DNA of 64,000 nt from a virus (IMGVR_UViG_3300028534_000019:31091-95090); one strand, 5' to 3'. Positions 37,322 to 46,223 are shown, numbered from the stretch's first letter. Notes: generated from the sequence alone by a model not told the origin. A program made the numbers and translations.

Positions 37322-38004
37322 TGGATAATATATTATTAAGAGATTTAGTTAATGAGATTGATGAAAATACTAAGGTTATTTCAGATACTCATTTTTCTCA
37401 TAAAAATATCCTAAATTTTGAGCCTTGTAGATTAACACAAATGAGAATTGATGGTTATGATGCAGATGAACACGACAAATGGCTCATAGATAAATGGAAT
37501 GAGAATGTAGGTAAAGATGAACTTGTTATACATTTAGGTGATTTTGCTTTTAAAAGAGTAGCTGAATGTTTAGAAGAATTAAATGGTAGAATTATTTTAA
37601 TTCTTGGAAACCACGATGGAAATTCAAAAAATACAAAATATAATAAGGCTACTGTTGTAGATGGTTCTTATATGTTTCTAAAGTCTTATACAGATGATAC
37701 AATATTATGTAAAATTGTTGATGAAGATGAGAAAAATAGTTCTTTGATAATTGAAATTGGTGGTAAGACTGTTATGTTTTGTCATTATGCTTTATTTAAT
37801 AAAAATGGTGAATGGGATTATAAAAATCCAAAGATAGCACCAAGAATTAAATATCTTGAGAGTATTTATTCTATGTTAGATTGTGATGTAAATGTACACG
37901 GTCATCTACATAGTTCTATTAGTACTTTTGATAAAAGTATAAACTGTTCTCTTGAACATATTGAGTTTAAACCAACAAAAATAAAAGATTTAAAAGGGTG
38001 GTAA
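37321..38004 (+). CDS. calcineurin-like metallophosphoesterase
   Basis: ISDTHFSH (DxH), IHLGDFAF (GD), ILGNHD (GNHD/E) and VHGHLHS (GHxH). Confidence 0.75.
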   Translation: MDNILLRDLVNEIDENTKVISDTHFSHKNILNFEPCRLTQMRIDGYDADEHDKWLIDKWNENVGKDELVIHLGDFAFKRVAECLEELNGRIILILGNHDGNSKNTKYNKATVVDGSYMFLKSYTDDTILCKIVDEDEKNSSLIIEIGGKTVMFCHYALFNKNGEWDYKNPKIAPRIKYLESIYSMLDCDVNVHGHLHSSISTFDKSINCSLEHIEFKPTKIKDLKGW

Positions 38005-38172
38005 ATGGTAGTAAATGATTTAAGAGTTATGCTAAGTACAGCATTAGAAATTATTGGTGATAGAAATGCTTTACCATCAGATAAAGATAAAATTATTCTA
38101 TTGATGAAGAGTGAAGCAACAACACATAATCTTGAAGAAATAGAAAAGATTTGTGAAAAATATAAAGGATAG
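38005..38172 (+). CDS. possible small ORF (55 aa) filling the phosphoesterase-CCA gap
   Basis: Its ATG overlaps the upstream stop (TAAATG). Below the track's length cutoff. Confidence 0.2.
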   Translation: MVVNDLRVMLSTALEIIGDRNALPSDKDKIILLMKSEATTHNLEEIEKICEKYKG

Positions 38173-38174
38173 TA

Positions 38175-39122
38175 ATGTTTGTTGTTAGAAAATTGCTTGA
38201 AGAAGCAAATGATAATTATTTTAAAAGACTTAATGATAATGAAATATCTAAAAATGATATAGAAATTTATGAAACTATTTTCCCTATTAGAAAATTAGAT
38301 GCTAGAAAATTAGATGATTTTGTTTCTAAAACTAACATTGATAATCTATTAATTAAAATTTCAAAACTAGATAATTCTTATATTAAAACTTTACTTAATG
38401 ATGTAATACTGATATTATCTAATGAAAAACCAAACTCAAGTCTAGCAGAAAATCTAAATCTTGTAAAAATGAGAATTGAAATAGATTTAGATGATGATGT
38501 TAAAAATTTTATATATGCTGAGGATATTATAGAAGTTTTAAAAACATTACCTAAAAGAACATTTATTGTAGGTGGTTTTGTTAGAGATTCAATAGCTAAT
38601 AGAAGTGCTAATGATATGGATTTTTGTACTGAAAATAGCTATGAAGATGTAAAAAAAGTTTTTGAAAAAAATAAAAACTTCTCTATTAAAGAAACAGGTA
38701 AACATTTTTCTGTTTTGATTGTTACAGATAAAAATAATCTTGAATCTTTTGAAATTGCTCAATTAAGAAAAGACAAAGATAATGGTGGTGCTGAAATAGG
38801 AACTATTATAGATGATGCTGAAAGAAGAGATTTTATGAATAGTGCTATTTACTTTGATATTAATTCTAAAGTATTAATTGACCCTCACGGTCAATCAATA
38901 GATGATAGTGTCAGAAATGTAATTAGATTTATTGGCAAACCTGAGGATAGAATAAAAGAAGACCCTCTAAGGGTTCTAAGATTTTATAGATTTATGGGTA
39001 GAGGTTGGGTAGCTGATTCAAAATCATTAAAAGCAGTGAGAACTAATTTTAGTTTAATGATGAATGAAACATCTCATAATAGAGTTATGAGTGAAATTGA
39101 AAAAATGGTAATGGGAGCATAA
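38175..39122 (+). CDS. class-II tRNA nucleotidyltransferase (CCA-adding / poly(A) polymerase) head+neck, truncated
   Basis: Head motif GGFVRDSIANRSANDMDFCT, motif B ERRDFMNSAIYFD, then LIDPHGQSIDDSVRNVIRFIG and EDPLRVLRFYRF. At 315 aa it lacks the body and tail. Confidence 0.8.
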   Translation: MFVVRKLLEEANDNYFKRLNDNEISKNDIEIYETIFPIRKLDARKLDDFVSKTNIDNLLIKISKLDNSYIKTLLNDVILILSNEKPNSSLAENLNLVKMRIEIDLDDDVKNFIYAEDIIEVLKTLPKRTFIVGGFVRDSIANRSANDMDFCTENSYEDVKKVFEKNKNFSIKETGKHFSVLIVTDKNNLESFEIAQLRKDKDNGGAEIGTIIDDAERRDFMNSAIYFDINSKVLIDPHGQSIDDSVRNVIRFIGKPEDRIKEDPLRVLRFYRFMGRGWVADSKSLKAVRTNFSLMMNETSHNRVMSEIEKMVMGA

Positions 39123-39353
39123 ATGAATTGTACAGTTTTATATAAAGACAAAGATTATGATATAACAGTGAAAGGTTTTAAAAACATTACAGAAGCAGAG
39201 GATTTTATTCAAGATAAAACTGAAGATGATGAATGTTATGAACCGAGAATAATGGTTGATTATCCAATCATTCAACAACAAGAAGAAACAATAAAACTAT
39301 TAAGAAGTTTACTTGAATCTTTTGCTAATGATTTTAAAGTAAAAAGATTATAA
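39123..39353 (+). CDS. hypothetical small protein
   Basis: 76-aa ORF. Confidence 0.4.
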   Translation: MNCTVLYKDKDYDITVKGFKNITEAEDFIQDKTEDDECYEPRIMVDYPIIQQQEETIKLLRSLLESFANDFKVKRL

Positions 39354-39393
39354 ATATCTTTGATATTTTATAAAAAATTAAGTAAAGTTAGAG

Positions 39394-39399
39394 TATAAT
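39394..39399 (+). promoter_or_regulatory. -10 TATAAT of the conserved promoter module upstream of tmRNA (gagTATAATtACACATACAAAAAGGA)
   Basis: Same module as in front of protein genes. About 50 nt of leader lie before the mature 5' GGGG. Confidence 0.45.
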
Positions 39400-39451
39400 T
39401 ACACATACAAAAAGGATATGTTGTTTTAATTATAAAAACTTTACTTACTAT

Positions 39452-39772
39452 GGGGATGATATGGTTTCGACTGGAAGTCATAGCACTAATGATACCTTTT
39501 AAAATTAAACGCAAACAACACAGATTACACTGGTAACACAGTGCTTTCAGCATAGTCTAAGGACTTGACTGAGGGGTTTTTAAGTTTTACCTTGCAACAG
39601 AAAAACTTATCCTTTTCGTTTTATATGGTTGTATGTCCTTAACATACATTAAAGTTTGTAATCTTTTCAAAATTACACATAAAAGTTAATAGTTCTTGGT
39701 TCTTTTAAAAACTAGAACATATCATTAGTGTGGATTTTTAGGACTCGGGTTCAATTCCCGACATCTCCACCA
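39452..39772 (+). ncRNA. ssrA: tmRNA (SsrA), 321 nt including encoded CCA
   Basis: 5' GGGGAUGAUAUGGUUUCGAC pairs with 3' CAUCUCC-A-CCA, including a G3:U70 wobble. T-arm UCGGG-UUCAAUU-CCCGA. The tag-leader UUUUAAAAUUAAAC-GCA-AAC-AAC matches the recalled C. jejuni ssrA leader. Confidence 0.9.
39511..39555 (+). other. tmRNA tag-peptide reading frame: ANNTDYTGNTVLSA-stop(TAG)
   Basis: The resume codon GCA follows AAAUUAAAC as in the host-type ssrA recalled from memory. The tag is 14 aa and shares ANNTDY with the Helicobacter tag as recalled, but its C-terminus VLSA differs from the host AKAA. Confidence 0.7.
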
Positions 39773-39843
39773 ATCAAAAAATATTTTTAAAGTTTATAAT
39801 AAATAGATTTTTAAAATATTTTTAAAAATATAAAAGGATTATA

Positions 39844-41706
39844 ATGAGTCAAGATATTGTTTTAGGTATTGATTTAGGTACAACAATGAGTGTAATATCA
39901 TATTACGACCCCCACGAAAAAGCAGTCAAACTTATTAAAGATAAAGAACAAAAAGTTTTATTTCCATCAGTTGTTGCTTTGGTTGATGGTAAATGGGAAG
40001 TTGGTGAAAGGGCTTTAGAACAATATGAAGTAACTCCTGAATTAACAATAAGAAATATTAAAAGACTTATGGGAACACCATTTTATTCTGATGGATGTAA
40101 ACAAGCAAAAAATATAATCAGTTCAAAAGTTGTTAATATGGATGGTATGGCAGGTGTTGAGTTGATGGGTAAACAATATTCACCTGAAGAAATTTCCTCA
40201 ATCATTCTTAGTTTTTTAAAAGATACAGCAGAAAAACATTTTGAAAGATTGAAATTAGATTATAATATTAGTGGTGTTGTTATAACAGTTCCAGCATACT
40301 TCAATCATAACCAAAGAACAGCCACAAGGCGTGCTGGAGAGGTAGCTGGACTAAATGTATTAAGGATAGTTAATGAGCCGACAGCGGCTTCTCTTGCTTA
40401 TGGTTTACAAAATAAAGAAGATGGTAAAATAGTAGCAGTTGATTTAGGTGGTGGTACATTTGATGTATCAGTAATTGATATTTCTGATAGTACATATAAA
40501 GTTCTAAGTACAAATGGTAACTCTTATTTTGGTGGAGAAGACCTAAATAATAAAATTTTTAAAAATTTAGTAGATTTTATAAAGGCTAATATTGGAATAG
40601 ATATTACACTAAGTGATAGGTCACAAGCAATATTAAATGAAGAAATAGAGAGAGTAAAACAAGAACTTTCTTTTAATAAATCTTCTTACCTAAATGCTAA
40701 TGATATTTTTGAAAAAGACCCTTATAATTTTTCAGCTAAGATTACAAGAGAAGAATTAGAAGAAATTCTTGATTTTGGAGAAGTTAAAAAACACATAATT
40801 AAGGCTATTGAAGATGCTGATGTAAAATATGAAGAAATACAAGATGTTGTTTTAGTTGGTGGTTCAACAAGAATACCTATGTTGAAAAAAATAGTTTCTA
40901 AATTATTTGATGGTAGAGAACTTTATGATAAATTAAACCCTGATGAGGTAGTTTCAATAGGTGCTTCTATTCAGGGTGCTATTATTTCAGGTTATATTGA
41001 TGATATTTTGTTAATTGATGTTGCTTCTTTATCTTTGGGTATAAAATTAGATGACGAAACATTTTTACCAATTATTAAAAAAGGAACAGTATTACCAGCA
41101 GAATTTAATGATAATGTTACAACTTCTGAGAATGACCAAAAATTCTTAGTTTTTAATATAGCCCAAGGTGAAGCAGAAAAATTTAGTGATAATATTTTCT
41201 TAGGTAACTTTATTTTTGAGGGTTTTGATACCGGACCGGCAGGTTATCCAAACATAACTGTAACAATAAAACAAAATTTAGATGGTATTATAGAAGTATT
41301 AGTTAAAGATGAAAATTCTAAAGCAAAAGAAACTTATCTCATTGAGGGTGAATATAATATTTCACAAAGTAGAATACAAGAATTAACAGCTAAAAATGAA
41401 GAAAGTAATGAAGAAAACAAAGAAGAAAATGAAAGAAAAAGATGTTTATCGAGAATAAAATATAAATTGTTTGAAATTGAAAGATATGCTGAAAAATTTG
41501 ATTCTGAGAGAATGAGAGAATTATATAAAAATGGTTTGGATGCCATAAAAGAAGATAAACTAAAAGCAAGTGATTTATCAGTTATAGAAAATTATCTATC
41601 AAGTAGATATTTTAGTGTTATGGCTTCACACCAAAAAGAAATAGAAAACAAATTAGAAGAAAATGCTAGAAATTATGCTAAAAAACTTAGAAAAAAGGAA
41701 AAATAA
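39844..41706 (+). CDS. second, divergent Hsp70/DnaK paralogue
   Basis: [36 protein letters not shown] and substrate-binding DVASLSLGIKLDD. 620 aa. Confidence 0.9.
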   Translation: MSQDIVLGIDLGTTMSVISYYDPHEKAVKLIKDKEQKVLFPSVVALVDGKWEVGERALEQYEVTPELTIRNIKRLMGTPFYSDGCKQAKNIISSKVVNMDGMAGVELMGKQYSPEEISSIILSFLKDTAEKHFERLKLDYNISGVVITVPAYFNHNQRTATRRAGEVAGLNVLRIVNEPTAASLAYGLQNKEDGKIVAVDLGGGTFDVSVIDISDSTYKVLSTNGNSYFGGEDLNNKIFKNLVDFIKANIGIDITLSDRSQAILNEEIERVKQELSFNKSSYLNANDIFEKDPYNFSAKITREELEEILDFGEVKKHIIKAIEDADVKYEEIQDVVLVGGSTRIPMLKKIVSKLFDGRELYDKLNPDEVVSIGASIQGAIISGYIDDILLIDVASLSLGIKLDDETFLPIIKKGTVLPAEFNDNVTTSENDQKFLVFNIAQGEAEKFSDNIFLGNFIFEGFDTGPAGYPNITVTIKQNLDGIIEVLVKDENSKAKETYLIEGEYNISQSRIQELTAKNEESNEENKEENERKRCLSRIKYKLFEIERYAEKFDSERMRELYKNGLDAIKEDKLKASDLSVIENYLSSRYFSVMASHQKEIENKLEENARNYAKKLRKKEK

Positions 41707-42164
41707 TGTTTTATGATAGAGATACAATGGATATGTTATTAGAAAGTTCTTATAGAACTTTCAGATATTTATTTAGACAAGGTAAAAAATTTAGTATAGT
41801 TATTTGGAATAATAATGATTGGAATCATCCATTACCACAAGAAACTATGAAAGCCCACCCTGAGCATATTTTGCTTGATATTAATAGCCAAGAAATAGAA
41901 AGAAGTGAAATCTTAGAAGATGGTTCTGTATTACTTAGATTAATTTTTGGTGAAACACATTATGAAAAAGTTATATTACCAAAAGATATTATAGCAATTT
42001 TAGATGGAAGTGGTAGAGCAATACATTCAAATAACTTTAAGGATGTAGCAAAAGAAGAATTACTTGATAGTGTATTTAGTTTAAATGATTTATATGAAAC
42101 TTTATTAGCATCAGGTGTAGAAGATGAAAATATTATAAAATCAATGGAAGCATTCGGATTATGA
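41706..42164 (+). CDS. hypothetical protein
   Basis: 152-aa ORF. Its ATG overlaps the DnaK2 stop. Confidence 0.5.
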   Translation: MFYDRDTMDMLLESSYRTFRYLFRQGKKFSIVIWNNNDWNHPLPQETMKAHPEHILLDINSQEIERSEILEDGSVLLRLIFGETHYEKVILPKDIIAILDGSGRAIHSNNFKDVAKEELLDSVFSLNDLYETLLASGVEDENIIKSMEAFGL

Positions 42165-42364
42165 CAGATTATAGAAAGATTACAACAAAAACAACAAAAA
42201 GAAAATTAATTGAAACATATATGTCAAATAACAATATATTTGTAAATTCAGTTTTAACACAAATTTTTGAGAAAATTGATATTGGTTTATCAACAGGTTC
42301 TTGGAAAGTTAGAATTATTGATGAAGAATTAGAAATAATCCATATTATAGAAATAATTAAATAA
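42161..42364 (+). CDS. hypothetical small protein
   Basis: 67-aa ORF. Confidence 0.35.
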   Translation: MTDYRKITTKTTKRKLIETYMSNNNIFVNSVLTQIFEKIDIGLSTGSWKVRIIDEELEIIHIIEIIK

Positions 42365-42405
42365 AAATATACTATAATATTACATATAAAATAAAAAGGA
42401 AATAG

Positions 42406-42903
42406 ATGAAAACTGAAAATCAAAGAATTAAAGAATGGAATGAAGAAAGAGGTTTAATAAAAACACCAAAAGATATTAATTTAGTTAATGAATTTTCTTT
42501 CATTGTTGAAGAAATATTAGAAGGTTTAACAAATCTTAAAAGTGAAGAAGCAAGAGAATATGCCAAAACACTAACAAAAACAATAGCAAGTGGGAATATC
42601 AAATACTTATGTGATTTAATAGAAGAACATAATTTAGATATTGAACAAGATGGTGGAGATGAAATTATACCTTTAAGCAATGATGAAGTAGTAGATGCTT
42701 TATGTGATATTAAGGTATTTGCTAGTGGTTCAATAAGAAAATTAGGCTATGATGCTGATATTGCTATGGATGAAACACTTAAAGAAATTGAATCAAGAGT
42801 TGGAAAACAAATTGATGGTAAATTTGTTAAAGATAAATCTGATGAAGCAAAAGCAAAATGGTACAAAGCAGATTATTCACTAGCAATTGTTGAAACATTG
42901 TAA
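42406..42903 (+). CDS. MazG-like nucleotide pyrophosphohydrolase (tentative)
   Basis: IKEWNEERGL...EFSFIVEEILEG and EVVDALCDIKVFASGSIRKLGYD resemble the MazG/HisE EExxE helices. Confidence 0.4.
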   Translation: MKTENQRIKEWNEERGLIKTPKDINLVNEFSFIVEEILEGLTNLKSEEAREYAKTLTKTIASGNIKYLCDLIEEHNLDIEQDGGDEIIPLSNDEVVDALCDIKVFASGSIRKLGYDADIAMDETLKEIESRVGKQIDGKFVKDKSDEAKAKWYKADYSLAIVETL

Positions 42904-42972
42904 AATATTAAGAAATATATAAGTATAAATAGTGTAAAATTTTATTATAAATATTCATAAAGAGGAATAAAA

Positions 42973-43482
42973 ATGAAAAGTTTTACAGATATACTTATAG
43001 AAAGTACAGAACAAGATGAAGTGGTAATAGGAATTAATAATTTTATAAAACAAGTAGAAAAAGATTTTCATAGCCATTTTCCAAATGGATATATCAATAT
43101 TAATTATGGTACAGGTGGTTTAACTGAGCATATTTCAGGTACTTTTGGTATGATTGGAAATTTAAAAGATAATACCCACGGTATAGCTGGAAATGATAAA
43201 ATGAAACACGGCTTCATTATGTTCCCTGTAAACAAAGAAAGAACTTTATGGAGTTTTAAAGTTTCAGGTAGTAGTTGTATATATATTAAACCAGCACCTG
43301 ATTCTTATAATGCTATGGATAGAATTAAAACGAAATTAGGTAATAATTCTAAAATCACTTTAGATAAGGCAGAAGTAAAATTCAGAAAATTCTTCAAAAA
43401 ACTTTCAGATTTAATGAAAGAAAACAAACAAAATATTTTTGGTGTTGAAGATATTGATAAAAAATATTTGGTTTTTAAATAG
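42973..43482 (+). CDS. hypothetical protein
   Basis: 169-aa ORF. Confidence 0.5.
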   Translation: MKSFTDILIESTEQDEVVIGINNFIKQVEKDFHSHFPNGYININYGTGGLTEHISGTFGMIGNLKDNTHGIAGNDKMKHGFIMFPVNKERTLWSFKVSGSSCIYIKPAPDSYNAMDRIKTKLGNNSKITLDKAEVKFRKFFKKLSDLMKENKQNIFGVEDIDKKYLVFK

Positions 43483-43497
43483 AAATAAAGGTATTTA

Positions 43498-43989
43498 GTG
43501 AAAAAATATGATAATGTGTTAATGATTAATGCTAAATCTTGGGCAAAACAGAGTTACTGTAATAGAAAAAAAGTAGGTGCTGTTTTAGCCAAAGATGGTA
43601 GGATTTTAGCAACAGGTTATAATGGTACTATCTCAGGTACTGAAAATTGTTGTGAAGAAAAATGTGATGTTTGTAATGGTACAGGTAGGTCATATTTAGA
43701 TGATGAAGAATATTGTCCTAGATGTAATGGTGGTGGTAAAATTACAAATGATTTTACATTACACGCTGAACAAAATATAATTACATTTTGTGCTAAAGAA
43801 GGAATACCAACAAAAGATACTACGATTTACATTACTCTAAGCCCTTGTAAAACTTGTGCTAAATTAATTGCTCAAAGTGGTATTAAAAGAGTTGTGTATA
43901 ATGAACAATATAGAGATACATCAGGTGTTGATTTTCTTAAAAATCTTGGAATACAATGTGAACAACATAATACAAAAGGAAAAGAATGA
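43498..43989 (+). CDS. cd: dCMP deaminase (GTG start)
   Basis: HAEQNII and SPCKTCAKLIAQSGI zinc ligands, with an inserted CDVCNG...CPRCNG Zn-ribbon. Confidence 0.8.
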   Translation: MKKYDNVLMINAKSWAKQSYCNRKKVGAVLAKDGRILATGYNGTISGTENCCEEKCDVCNGTGRSYLDDEEYCPRCNGGGKITNDFTLHAEQNIITFCAKEGIPTKDTTIYITLSPCKTCAKLIAQSGIKRVVYNEQYRDTSGVDFLKNLGIQCEQHNTKGKE

Positions 43990-44579
43990 AAAAAACATTA
44001 ACAGGTACTAGTTTAGCTGGTGGAAGTGTAAATTATGATAGAGTAGAAAATGATTTTTATGCTACTGATAAGAATAGTACTAGAGGTTTATTGGATATAC
44101 ATAATATAGAATCTGATAGTTTTTATGAACCTTGTGTTGGTCAAGGGCATATAGTTGAAGTTCTTAAAGAATATTTTCCAAATGCTGAATATACTTATAG
44201 TGATTTAGTTGATAGAGGTTATGAAAATACACAAATTTTTGATTATCTAAATACTGAAACAGATATTAAAGCAGATTGGATAATCACTAATCCACCTTAT
44301 AAATTAGCAAAAGAATTTATTTCAAAAAGTTTAACACAAGCTAATAAAGGTGTGGCAATGTTTCTTAAAATCCAATTTTTAGAAGGACAAGCTAGAAAAG
44401 AATGGTTTAAAAACACACCATTAAAATATGTATATGTTTTTAGTAAAAGACAAGACCCTTTAAGAGATGGAATGGAATTAAATCCAAAAACAGGTAAAAA
44501 ATGGGGTAGCACTATGTGTTTTGCTTGGTTTGTATGGGAGATTGGATATGAGGGTGAACCAATTATTAGGTGGATATAA
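43986..44579 (+). CDS. amino-methyltransferase (N6-adenine/N4-cytosine DNA MTase, NPPY motif)
   Basis: Motif I FYEPCVGQGHI and motif IV DWIITNPPY. Confidence 0.7.
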   Translation: MKKTLTGTSLAGGSVNYDRVENDFYATDKNSTRGLLDIHNIESDSFYEPCVGQGHIVEVLKEYFPNAEYTYSDLVDRGYENTQIFDYLNTETDIKADWIITNPPYKLAKEFISKSLTQANKGVAMFLKIQFLEGQARKEWFKNTPLKYVYVFSKRQDPLRDGMELNPKTGKKWGSTMCFAWFVWEIGYEGEPIIRWI

Positions 44580-44794
44580 TGACAAATATTCAAAAAATTA
44601 AATTTGATGCTAAATTTAGTGTTTCATATATGAATGGAAAATATGTTATTTCAGGTTTTAATCATACTTATTCTTTACATATAAAAGATAGATGTGATGA
44701 ATTAAATTATTTCATTGAAGATTATGAATTATGGAATTTAAGAGAAAAAGAATGGGAAGACCTTGTAAATACAATTAAGAAAGAGGGATTTTAA
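44570..44794 (+). CDS. hypothetical small protein
   Basis: 74-aa ORF. Last + strand gene before the convergent minus-strand tail operon. Confidence 0.4.
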   Translation: MDIMTNIQKIKFDAKFSVSYMNGKYVISGFNHTYSLHIKDRCDELNYFIEDYELWNLREKEWEDLVNTIKKEGF

Positions 44795-45411
44795 ATCTCT
44801 CCTGATTGTATTTTACTTAATAAACTAGCTGTATCGCCAATAAAATTATTCTGAATATTAACAGTTTTTTCATCATTTTGTTTTTCTAATTCATAAGCAT
44901 TTAAAAATTTCTTAACTTTAAGTTGTGTTTCAGCAACAGTAGAATAACTATCCATCAATAACTTCATACTTGTAACATTACCTTTTTTAAGTTCAGCATA
45001 TGCCATTAAAACACTACCTGAAACCTCTTCAGAGTGTGATACAGCTAAATCCTTACCTAACTTAGATAAAATCTCTTTCGTCGTCTGTATATCTTCTCTT
45101 AGTGCTTGTTTAACTATATCAAAATCAGTTAATAATTCATCACTCTTTACAATACTTGCTAATGTATCACTATCATTTAAAACAGGAACTTGTTTTATTT
45201 TCTCATCTATTTCTTGTTTTCTTTTTTTAAGATTATCTTCAAGACCATCAGCCTCTAATTCAAAAGCGTCTAACAAACCTAAAAATTTATTTGCTTCTTC
45301 TAATTCTTTAGAAACCTTTTCATTTACATCTTCTATAATTTCTATTTCATCAGTATTATCAGTTGATTTATTTTCTGTAAAATCTATATTATTTTCTTCT
45401 ATATTAGACAT
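44791..45411 (-). CDS. hypothetical acidic coiled-coil protein (last gene of minus-strand tail operon; neck-like?)
   Basis: 206 aa. No motif recognised. Confidence 0.45.
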   Translation of the reverse strand: MSNIEENNIDFTENKSTDNTDEIEIIEDVNEKVSKELEEANKFLGLLDAFELEADGLEDNLKKRKQEIDEKIKQVPVLNDSDTLASIVKSDELLTDFDIVKQALREDIQTTKEILSKLGKDLAVSHSEEVSGSVLMAYAELKKGNVTSMKLLMDSYSTVAETQLKVKKFLNAYELEKQNDEKTVNIQNNFIGDTASLLSKIQSGEI

Positions 45412-45434
45412 TTAAAACCTTTTTTATTATTTTT

Positions 45435-46223
45435 TTATTCATTTGGATGTGTTATAGTTGTTTTAGCATTATCTATGTTATAATCATCTTCATCTACTTG
45501 TTTTGAATTAATAAAACCTGATAATTCCTCTATCTCATATACTTCACTTTTGTAATTTATTTCAGTTGTAACAGCAGTAGTATAAATTTCAACCTCTTTA
45601 ATAATGTGTGCTTCTTTTATAGGTAAGTATAAATTACCCTTAACAGTTATCGGTACTGAAATTTCAACAAGATATATTTCATCATCATTTGGTTCAGGTA
45701 ATTCAATATCAAAATCACCTAATTGTACTTGTATAGATGTAGGTTCTTCTTGTATATCTAATTCATTAATTTTTAATGTGTAATCAGGTCTAAATAATGG
45801 TGCTATCTGTTCAATGATTATAGTAGCATCAGAAAATGTTTTTGTAGCAATATGTAAAGTAAATTCAAAATCATAAGCAACAGAATTTTTATGAAATAAT
45901 CTTGTAATATCTTCTTTACTTAAATTATCTTTTGATGTTCTGTTTACAATAGAATTTTTATTTGTATTTCTATTTAATGCTTTATTTAAGCCATTAAATT
46001 CTAAAGCCATTCTTGGTAATACATTAACATTACCATTATTAATATTTTCTATATCATAATCACTCAACATAAAAGCAATATTTCTATTCCCAAATTTTAT
46101 AGGTACTTTTGTATCTGAAATTCTTTTACCTGTATTATCAAATCTTGGTACACTAATATCATTAAATAAATCTATCAAAGCAATAGTATAATTTTTAGTT
46201 GAGTTGTGGTAAAAGTAGTTCAT
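45435..46223 (-). CDS. 15: T4 gp15-like tail sheath completion / terminator protein
   Basis: MNYFYHNSTKNYTIALIDLFNDISVPR, KVPIKFGNRNIAFML, VLPRMALEFNGL and FEFTLHIATKTF..IIEQIAPLFRPDY parallel T4 gp15. Confidence 0.7.
   Translation of the reverse strand: MNYFYHNSTKNYTIALIDLFNDISVPRFDNTGKRISDTKVPIKFGNRNIAFMLSDYDIENINNGNVNVLPRMALEFNGLNKALNRNTNKNSIVNRTSKDNLSKEDITRLFHKNSVAYDFEFTLHIATKTFSDATIIIEQIAPLFRPDYTLKINELDIQEEPTSIQVQLGDFDIELPEPNDDEIYLVEISVPITVKGNLYLPIKEAHIIKEVEIYTTAVTTEINYKSEVYEIEELSGFINSKQVDEDDYNIDNAKTTITHPNE

Noticed and set aside
39368-39553. 61-aa minus-strand ORF in the six-frame track
   Set aside because: It lies entirely inside the tmRNA gene. Its reading frame is an accident of the structured RNA sequence.
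39773-39843. A/T-only palindromes after the tmRNA 3' end (AAAAAATATTTTT; ATATTTTTAAAAATAT)
   Set aside because: The stems consist solely of A:T pairs in an A/T-rich spacer. This is too weak to call a terminator. It may simply be low-complexity spacer before the next promoter module.
44770-44800. Possible bidirectional terminator at the convergent junction of the + genes and the minus-strand tail operon
   Set aside because: Only an imperfect inverted repeat (gagagggatttt...atctctcc) with no U-run. The two genes actually overlap by 4 nt, so there is no room for a real terminator.
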